A stretch of DNA of 64,000 nt from the NCBI GenBank assembly GCA_013152275.1, contig JAADGS010000026.1, positions 1-64,000 of the forward strand, read 5' to 3'. Numbering within the stretch: the first letter of the stretch is position 1; every line of letters starts with the position of its first letter. The DNA comes from Actinomycetota bacterium (lineage in GTDB: Bacteria; Actinomycetota; Acidimicrobiia; Spongiisociales; UBA4744). The translations under genes and the position numbers were made by a program. Shown in pieces: positions 57,382 to 64,000 of this stretch. Under the pieces are notes generated by a model, which was not told the origin of the DNA, ran no database searches, and worked only from the letters and a program-made list of their open reading frames with translations.

Positions 57382-58070
57382 GAGTCCGGAATGTTACGGG
57401 ATCGCGCCGCGATGACTCGAATCGAGAAACTGATCAGACCCACCGCCACTCCGGTCATGTACCAGGGGCCTGGGTCGGCGCCGAGGCCAAGCCTCAACGG
57501 TTCCGTCATGAGTCGAACACCGCCGGCAATCACGAGACTCGCGGAGGCGATCACGCCGGGTGGGGCTTTCGTCCGGAGGGCAACGAGCGCGACAGCACCG
57601 CCAAGGAGCAGGATTGCCGCGTAGATCTCGACGGGATGGCGTTCGATGGTGCTTCCGGGAAGCGTGATCGCCCATGGCACAGACGTCGTCGTTCCGGCGC
57701 ACGCCGAGCGGAGGAGACAGCCGGCCTGCCATCCGGCGAGGCCTGCGATGCCGGCAGGTGCGAGCAGATCCAGCGTCGGCCAGAAGTCATGTCGCGCCGT
57801 CCACGCCAGATAGGCCAGCGAACCCAACGCCGCGAAGCCTGTGTCGACACCCCCGCGGATGAAGAACAGATCGAGTGGGTGGGTGATGGGGTTCGTTCCC
57901 TGCAAGACCATGGCGGCGACTCTCCCGACCGCCAGGCCGGACCCCGTGGCCCCCAGTACGATGTCGATGAGGTCCTTTCGATCCGTCGTTCCTCGCACCC
58001 GCTCGATCCGCAGGGTTGCGAGCGCGGCGGCAATGCCCAAGAGAGCGGCTCCGAGCAGGGTGAACTCCAC
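57378..58070 (-). CDS. Lgt-family (prolipoprotein diacylglyceryl transferase-like) membrane protein
   Basis: LDLLAP, GCLL...G....PWAI, RHPVEIY and RLMTEPLR; shorter and more divergent than canonical Lgt. Confidence 0.75.
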   Translation of the reverse strand: MEFTLLGAALLGIAAALATLRIERVRGTTDRKDLIDIVLGATGSGLAVGRVAAMVLQGTNPITHPLDLFFIRGGVDTGFAALGSLAYLAWTARHDFWPTLDLLAPAGIAGLAGWQAGCLLRSACAGTTTSVPWAITLPGSTIERHPVEIYAAILLLGGAVALVALRTKAPPGVIASASLVIAGGVRLMTEPLRLGLGADPGPWYMTGVAVGLISFSIRVIAARSRNIPDS

Positions 58071-58074
58071 GCGA

Positions 58075-58557
58075 CTACCTCAAGAGATCATCGATCTGGA
58101 TCGCGAGCGTCTGCTCGTCGATCATTCCGTTGTGGGCGAAACGTAGTTCTCCGCCGGGAGCGAAGAAGAACGTGTGGGGTACACCCGTGGAGCGTAGGAC
58201 CGCGGGGATCGCAGATCTCGGATCGAAGTACTGTTCGAAGTCGAGACCGTACCGAGCGATGAATCGTCGGGCGCCCGTCTGAGTGTCGTTCACATCGACA
58301 CCGATGAACCGCACGCGGGATCCGAACTCCTCGTATGCCTGACGGAGGAGTGGCGCTTCGGATCGACATGGCCCGCACCAGGAAGCCCAGATATTGACAA
58401 TGACCGGTTTGTCCGAAGCTCTCAAGAGTGCCAAGAACTCGTCTGAGGAAATCGTCGGTAGTGGTTCGGCGGATGTCTCCGGCGGTGTTGCCGTGCAGCC
58501 GCCGGCGAGGAGAACGATCACGAGCGCGGCAGGAAGAAGGCGTCGAAGATGCGACAT
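58075..58557 (-). CDS. TlpA/ResA-like thioredoxin lipoprotein
   Basis: Lipobox AGGC, NIWASWCGPC and GVPHTFF. ATG 58557. Confidence 0.88.
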   Translation of the reverse strand: MSHLRRLLPAALVIVLLAGGCTATPPETSAEPLPTISSDEFLALLRASDKPVIVNIWASWCGPCRSEAPLLRQAYEEFGSRVRFIGVDVNDTQTGARRFIARYGLDFEQYFDPRSAIPAVLRSTGVPHTFFFAPGGELRFAHNGMIDEQTLAIQIDDLLR

Positions 58558-58663
58558 GTGGGCCGCATGGTATCGAGGCTCAGAGAACGAACACTCCCTT
58601 CGCCCCGGCGTCGCCGTTCGCCGACGTTCCTCCGAGGCAACGGAAGAAAAGCTCCTTGTCTTG

Positions 58664-58827
58664 CTCGTGCCTTGGCCGGTAACGTTCGGGTGTCGATGTC
58701 GAGGCAGGAGCACCGATGGGAAGGCCGCACAACGAAGGCGCACCGGCAGGTGCGTCGAGGCGGAGAACGCGGCAAGCGGCGCTCCTGGCCGGCAGAACGC
58801 CGCAAAGGTTGCCGGCCGAGGCACTAG
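58664..58827 (-). repeat. ~165-bp MITE-like element, copy 2 (inverted)
   Basis: Begins CTAGTGCCTCGGCCGGCAACCTTTGCGGCGTTCTGCCGG on the minus strand, identical to the start of copy 1. Confidence 0.8.
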
Positions 58828-58836
58828 CGTGAGCGC

Positions 58837-60063
58837 ATGATTCCCCGGGTCCTTGCCATCGTTCTTGCCGGAGGCGAGGGAAGCCGCCTCTTCCCCCTGA
58901 CCCGTGATCGTGCGAAGCCCGCCGTACCGTTCGGTGGAGGGTACCGTCTCGTGGACTTCGTCCTGTCCAACCTCGTCAATGCCGGCTTTCGCAGAATCGT
59001 GGTCCTGACCCAGTACAAGAGTCACAGTCTCGACCGCCACCTTGCGCAGACGTGGAGGCTGTCCCCGCTCCTTGGCAGCTACGTCGCAGCCGTGCCCGCA
59101 CAGATGCGCCGTGGGCCACAGTGGTTTGCCGGTTCCGCCGACGCGATCTACCAGAACCTGAACCTGATCGACGATGAGCATCCGGACCATGTGCTCGTGT
59201 TCGGTGCCGATCACATTTACCGGATGGATCCCCGACAGATGCTCGAGCAGCACATGGACACAGGGGCAGGGGTCACCGTCGCCGGCATCCCGGTACCGAT
59301 CGAAGAAGCGAGTGCGTTCGGAATCATCGATGCGTCCGAAGATGCGAAGATTCGCAACTTTGTCGAGAAGCCGGAGCAGCCGCCGCCAATGCCCGGTGAT
59401 CCCACTCGTTCGTTCGCTTCGATGGGCAACTACATCTTTCATACCAAGACGATGGTCAAGGCATTGCGGGAGGATGCGGAGGACCAGGACTCGCGACACG
59501 ATCTGGGCGGCAACATCATCTCGAGCCTGACCGAGCATGGTGACGCGTACGTGTACGACTTCGCAGGCAACCGGGTTCCCGGTCAGACGGATCGAGAACG
59601 CGGCTACTGGCGAGATGTCGGTACGTTGGACGCCTACTACGAGGCCAGCATGGACCTCATCGCCGTCAACCCGGTGTTCGATATGTACAACGAACAGTGG
59701 CCGATTCTCACCTGGGATTTCCCCCGTCCTCCCGCGAAGTTCGTCCACAATGTCGAAGGTCGTCGTGGCAGGGCGTTGAACTCCCTTGTCGCCAACGGGA
59801 CCATCGTTTCAGGCTCGGTGATCCGCCAGTCCGTGGTCTCTTCGAGAGTGCGTGTGCACTCGTATGCGACGGTCGAGCAGTCGGTTCTCTTCGAGGGAGT
59901 GAGTGTCGGTCGCGGTGCCGTCGTGAGAAGAGCGATCATCGACAAGAACGTCCAGGTACCGGACGGGTTCCAGCTGGGTGTGGATCCGGACAGAGATGCA
60001 GAACGGTTCACCGTGTCATCCGGAGGGGTCGTGGTGATCGGCAAGGGCGATTCGCTGCACTGA
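58837..60063 (+). CDS. glgC: Glucose-1-phosphate adenylyltransferase
   Basis: [40 protein letters not shown] and YWRDVGT. Confidence 0.97.
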   Translation: MIPRVLAIVLAGGEGSRLFPLTRDRAKPAVPFGGGYRLVDFVLSNLVNAGFRRIVVLTQYKSHSLDRHLAQTWRLSPLLGSYVAAVPAQMRRGPQWFAGSADAIYQNLNLIDDEHPDHVLVFGADHIYRMDPRQMLEQHMDTGAGVTVAGIPVPIEEASAFGIIDASEDAKIRNFVEKPEQPPPMPGDPTRSFASMGNYIFHTKTMVKALREDAEDQDSRHDLGGNIISSLTEHGDAYVYDFAGNRVPGQTDRERGYWRDVGTLDAYYEASMDLIAVNPVFDMYNEQWPILTWDFPRPPAKFVHNVEGRRGRALNSLVANGTIVSGSVIRQSVVSSRVRVHSYATVEQSVLFEGVSVGRGAVVRRAIIDKNVQVPDGFQLGVDPDRDAERFTVSSGGVVVIGKGDSLH

Positions 60064-60174
60064 GCCGTCGGTTCTCGGTCTTCAGTCATCGGAAAGAGCC
60101 CCAGTCTTGCCCGGAGGTCGTGCAACGATGCCGGCTGCCGTACGAAGTACCTCTTGTAGGCGAACTCTGTTCGC

Positions 60175-61305
60175 CTAGAGAACCCTTCGGAAGACCCGAT
60201 GGTTCTTGTGTGGTATCCCTCCGATGTTGATGAGGTCGCGACGCATCTGAACTGCCGTCTCGGCGACCTGAGTCAACTCATATCGGTCGAACCCGGCTCG
60301 CTGGAACACCTCGGCGAGTTCGCGGTACAGGAGGGCGTTGCCACCTCTACGCTGATACTCGGGGAGGATTCCGATGCCGTTGGCAACAACCCAGCTGGTG
60401 GTACGAAGCTCCCTGAGGAGTGACACGGCCGCGAGGGAGAAAAGCCGGCCTCCCATCTTCTGAAGAGAGCCGGACACGTCCGGGAACGTGAGCACGAATC
60501 CGACGGGTTCGTCGTCGCTGGTGACGATGAGCTTGAGCAGGTCCGGTCGAGCCACGGGGATGATCTGCTTGACGACGAAGCTGACTTCCGCGTCGGTGAG
60601 GGGCACGTACTCCCAGTTGTGGACGAACGAGTTGTTGTAGGTGCGTGCGATCCGTTCCGCCCAGCGGTAGATCTCCCAGCGGGAGCGGAAACGGTGGACT
60701 CGGAGCCCTGAACGGCGCGCCGCGCGCTCGGCGATTCTCGGGATACGAGGATCGAGGGAGAACGTCGACGGGTCGATGACGTGGGAGATGAAGTCGATTT
60801 CCTTGACGAAGCCGTTCTCCTTCGCCAGCCGGATGTAGTAGGGGAAGTTGTAGTTGAGCATCGACATCGTCTGGCGCTGCTCGTACCCGCGTTCGAGCAT
60901 GCCGTAGCCATCGAACGGGCTCAATCCTTTGGGGCCGATGACCGCTTCCATGCCTCTTGCCGCGGCCCAGTCGAACGTCCGCTCGAACAGTGCTGCTGCC
61001 GCCTCGGAGTCATCCTCGACATCGAAGAAGTAGAACTCCGCCTCTCGACTGTCGTGGGTCGCGTTGAAGCGGGTGTTCTCGAGCGCGCCGATGCGGCCGA
61101 CGTCTCGACCATCCCGTACGGCGATGAAGAAGTCCGCAACGGAGTGTTCATAGAACGGGTGCTTCTTCGGGTTGAGCATCGTGGCGATGTCCATCTTCAA
61201 CGGAGGTACCCAGAACGGATCGTTTTTGTACAGCCGGTAGGGGAGGTCGATGAAACGCTTCACTTGCGCCCGGTTCGTGACGTCGACCTTCTCGATCGTG
61301 AGCAT
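60175..61305 (-). CDS. YghO-like tandem GNAT acyltransferase
   Basis: FIDLPYRLYKNDPFWVPPL, VGRI, YNFPYY, NWEYVP and GILPEYQRRGG. Confidence 0.8.
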   Translation of the reverse strand: MLTIEKVDVTNRAQVKRFIDLPYRLYKNDPFWVPPLKMDIATMLNPKKHPFYEHSVADFFIAVRDGRDVGRIGALENTRFNATHDSREAEFYFFDVEDDSEAAAALFERTFDWAAARGMEAVIGPKGLSPFDGYGMLERGYEQRQTMSMLNYNFPYYIRLAKENGFVKEIDFISHVIDPSTFSLDPRIPRIAERAARRSGLRVHRFRSRWEIYRWAERIARTYNNSFVHNWEYVPLTDAEVSFVVKQIIPVARPDLLKLIVTSDDEPVGFVLTFPDVSGSLQKMGGRLFSLAAVSLLRELRTTSWVVANGIGILPEYQRRGGNALLYRELAEVFQRAGFDRYELTQVAETAVQMRRDLINIGGIPHKNHRVFRRVL

Positions 61306-61306
61306 G

Positions 61307-61984
61307 TCAGTGCCTTCCTGTGTCCTCCACGGCGAGGTTTCGTGCTTCCCGGATCGCGGATACGACGAAGATCACGATCAGGACCGCGGCGAGAGCCCCA
61401 ATCACCAGGTCATAGACCCCGACGGTACCAAACACGGTGCTGATGTAGGGAATCGGACCGAAGAAGAGCAGAGCGTTGAACCCGATGATGATGGCTCGCA
61501 CTTCGGTGGGTCCGAACCGCCCGTAGGAGATCTGGAACACGCCGCGCACATACGTTGTCAGGTAGACGTAGATGGAAAGGAGCAGGTAGCCCACGAGAGC
61601 GACGGCGGCAACGTTGAACGAAACGTACGGAGAAAGCCCAAGACCGAACGCCACGAGCGTCTCGCTCACACCGTCGACGGCATGATCGACGAAGTAACCG
61701 TACTTTGGCCGTTCGATTCTCCGGTATCTGGCGATCGTTCCGTCGAGGGAATCCCCGAACCAGTTCACGACGAGACCGAAGCTGGCGAGCCAGAGAAACC
61801 ACGGCGAAGCGTTACTGGCCCAGTAGCCGCCGAAGGTCATCAGTGATCCGACGATTCCGATCAGTGTGAGGGTGTCTGGTGTCATCCGCTCGGGCATATG
61901 CTTGGAGAGCCAGCGCAATGCGGGGCGTTCGAGAGGTCCGAGCAGGATGTCGTTGACTCGTTCGTGGGACGGGGACTCGCTCAT
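61307..61984 (-). CDS. CDP-alcohol phosphatidyltransferase family protein
   Basis: DSLDGTIARYR....YGYFVDHAVD motif; GPTEVR. Confidence 0.92.
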   Translation of the reverse strand: MSESPSHERVNDILLGPLERPALRWLSKHMPERMTPDTLTLIGIVGSLMTFGGYWASNASPWFLWLASFGLVVNWFGDSLDGTIARYRRIERPKYGYFVDHAVDGVSETLVAFGLGLSPYVSFNVAAVALVGYLLLSIYVYLTTYVRGVFQISYGRFGPTEVRAIIIGFNALLFFGPIPYISTVFGTVGVYDLVIGALAAVLIVIFVVSAIREARNLAVEDTGRH

Positions 61985-62895
61985 TCGGCCTCCTCGGCAT
62001 CGGGCCATACCGGGAAGAACATCAGCCACTGCTCGGGGTGGGCACGAATGATGCGCTCTACCTCGGCGAGCGTCTCACGCCACAGCGTGCCGGCGACGTC
62101 GTCCTCTTCTATCTCCAGTGGATCGATCTGACTTCCGATGTTCAGACGGTACCGATCGTCGGGGGTTCGTTCCACCGAGATGATCTGCAGCAGAGCATCG
62201 GTCGATGCCGCGAGCCTGGCAAACCCACTCCACAGGCGTGCGTCCTTGCCGAAGAACGTCGTTGTCTGCGCTCGTTTCCTTGGAGGAGGTGGCCGATCGA
62301 CCGACGTGACCACGACGCCGCCGTTGCGCAGACGGGTTGCAGCTTCTCGCAGCGCATCGCCGGAGGACGGGGTGAGGATGAGTCCTTTGGTGGTCCGCAG
62401 GTCATTCATGAGTTCATAGCCGGATGGGGGGAGCGCGTAGGAAAGAACCTGGATGTCGTAGGTGCCTGCGTGGGGGGAGGCGGCCAAGCCGATCCCGGCG
62501 AGGTCCAGAGTGCTGACGTGTGGGGCCACGATGAGAATCCCCCGGCCGGGACGGTTGGCCGGATCGAGGATCTCCCAGAGTGCCTGCGGCATTTCGACCA
62601 GGCGCCGGTTCTCTTCGATGGTCCCCCCGAGGGCGCGAAAGAAGTCGTAGCTTCCGCTTGCCGCGTGGAACAGGACCTCGTGGACGTAGGAATCGAGTCG
62701 AGGGTCGTCAGGGGTGGTGTCGAGGACGACGGCCAGATTGGCTCGGATCGTTCGTGTGAGCGGCGTGTCGCGACGGGCGATCCAGCGTGTGATCCTTCTG
62801 AGCACGGCGTAGCCGAACCGGCGTGGAACGAGAGCGCTGAGACGCATCGCGAGTCGGGTACCGGTACCTGTGACGAGAAAGTGCTGAAGGTTCAC
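61981..62895 (-). CDS. Lysophospholipid/LpxL-PatA-like acyltransferase
   Basis: PHVSTLD (HxxxD-like), FFGKDA, ARLA and IIRAHPEQWLMF. Confidence 0.85.
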   Translation of the reverse strand: MNLQHFLVTGTGTRLAMRLSALVPRRFGYAVLRRITRWIARRDTPLTRTIRANLAVVLDTTPDDPRLDSYVHEVLFHAASGSYDFFRALGGTIEENRRLVEMPQALWEILDPANRPGRGILIVAPHVSTLDLAGIGLAASPHAGTYDIQVLSYALPPSGYELMNDLRTTKGLILTPSSGDALREAATRLRNGGVVVTSVDRPPPPRKRAQTTTFFGKDARLWSGFARLAASTDALLQIISVERTPDDRYRLNIGSQIDPLEIEEDDVAGTLWRETLAEVERIIRAHPEQWLMFFPVWPDAEEAE

Positions 62896-63034
62896 GAACG
62901 ATCGTGTGCAGCGTAGCCGTGTGGTGCTGCGGGAATCCAGGCAGCGTATGCGGGAGACGGAGGCGGACGTCGGCTTCGAGGCATCTCGGGCGGTGGTCCC
63001 ACGGTTGTACGCTGGTGACTGCTGAAAGGATCAC

Positions 63035-63442
63035 ATGAGAGAACCGGCCACACATCTGCACATCGATCACCGGTTGTGTGGTCTGCCCGAGCTGCTCGAA
63101 GAAGGGCGGTCCGAAGTTCGGATGATCACCACCGAAGCGATGGCCGTCGATGACCGAGGGCTGGTGCACGGCGGGTTCATGTTCGGACTTGCCGACTACG
63201 CGGCCATGCTGGCGGTGAACGATCCGAATGTCGTGCTGGGAAGTGCCGATGTTCGCTTCAGGGCCCCGGTGCGGGTTGGTGATGAGGTCGTGGCGACGGC
63301 CAGGACGATGTCGGCCGATGGGCGGCGCCGAGAAGTCGAAGTGACCGTGGACCGTGAGGGAGAGACCGTGATGGGCGGTATCTTCACGTGCTTCGTCTTG
63401 GACCGTCATGTTTTGGAGGGTGACGACGATGCACGGCGGTGA
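63035..63442 (+). CDS. PaaI/hotdog-fold thioesterase
   Basis: [17 protein letters not shown] and FRAPVRVGD. Confidence 0.9.
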   Translation: MREPATHLHIDHRLCGLPELLEEGRSEVRMITTEAMAVDDRGLVHGGFMFGLADYAAMLAVNDPNVVLGSADVRFRAPVRVGDEVVATARTMSADGRRREVEVTVDREGETVMGGIFTCFVLDRHVLEGDDDARR

Positions 63443-64000
63443 CCGCATCGCCCGGGTACTCGTCGGCCATCAGGTCGAAACATTGTTCACGCTGTGTGGG
63501 GGACACATCTCACCGATCCTTTCCGGCGCGAAGGCCGCCGGTATCCACGTCGTCGATACACGACACGAGGCCGCAGCGGTATTTGGCGCCGACGCCACGG
63601 CTCGATTGAGCGGTGTGGCCGGCGTCGCTGCGGTCACCGCCGGGCCCGGTGTCACCAACGCCTTGACAGCCGTCCAGAACGCCTACCTGGCCCAGTCCCC
63701 GGTGGTGGTGCTCGGCGGCGCCGTGGCGACGGCTCTGAAGGGCAGGGGGGCGCTGCAGGACATCGACCAAGCCTCGGTCGTCCGCCCGCATGTCAAGGAG
63801 CTGTTCAGGGCTCGTCGGGTGCGGGATCTCGAACCGATGTTGTCCGAGGCGTTCCGAGTGGCCGTGTCGGATGTGCCCGGGCCGGTATTCGTCGAGGTGC
63901 CCGTCGACCTGCTGTATGCCGAGCAGACGGTTCGCGGCCTGTACCTGTCGGGAGGCGCGCCGAAGAGTCTCGCCGGTCGGCTGACCCGCCGCTATCTGCA
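63429..64000 (+). CDS. Thiamine-pyrophosphate-dependent enzyme (acetolactate synthase / 2-hydroxyacyl-CoA lyase-like), runs off the window
   Basis: [42 protein letters not shown] and GALQDIDQ. Confidence 0.92.
   Translation, partial: MHGGDRIARVLVGHQVETLFTLCGGHISPILSGAKAAGIHVVDTRHEAAAVFGADATARLSGVAGVAAVTAGPGVTNALTAVQNAYLAQSPVVVLGGAVATALKGRGALQDIDQASVVRPHVKELFRARRVRDLEPMLSEAFRVAVSDVPGPVFVEVPVDLLYAEQTVRGLYLSGGAPKSLAGRLTRRYL

Noticed and set aside
1..64000. CRISPR array, tRNA, rRNA, integrase or transposase
   Set aside because: No regularly spaced repeat-spacer array, cloverleaf or recombinase/transposase motif was recognised by eye.

Overview
GC-rich chromosomal window, most likely from an actinobacterium of Acidimicrobiia type (inferred from WhiB, a Nur-like Fur, DUF1876, a CU044_5270 protein and Thr-rich lipoproteins). 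It contains one 46-N scaffold gap. The main feature is a 9.3-25.4 kb multiheme cytochrome locus with about 45 heme-binding motifs in five proteins. These are a 12-heme lipoprotein built from three tandem tri-heme repeats, an ImcH-like 7-heme membrane cytochrome, a split CbcL-like pair (9-heme c plus FdnI-type cytochrome b), a secreted 7-heme cytochrome whose motif order follows the Geobacter OmcS nanowire protein, and a membrane-anchored 10-heme cytochrome. A SurA/PrsA-type chaperone, an NHL beta-propeller and two DUF6062-like Cys/His proteins follow. Together they suggest a quinone-to-surface (possibly nanowire) extracellular electron transfer system in a monoderm, preceded by DevR/DosR-like operator boxes. 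A System I ccmABCDEFG operon with tlpA and an lgt-like gene lies at 52-58.6 kb, between two inverted copies of a ~165-bp MITE-like repeat. The 25.4-45.9 kb stretch is an accessory region with ECF sigma/anti-sigma pairs, a two-component system plus cupredoxin, many hypothetical lipoproteins and pseudogenes, and a four-copy ECF promoter motif. Also present: rnpB, whiB, an acyl-CoA dehydrogenase, nur-nikMNQO, glgC and a lipid operon with a possible ceramide-synthase-like GNAT. Family assignments come from motif recognition and memory; no database searches were run.
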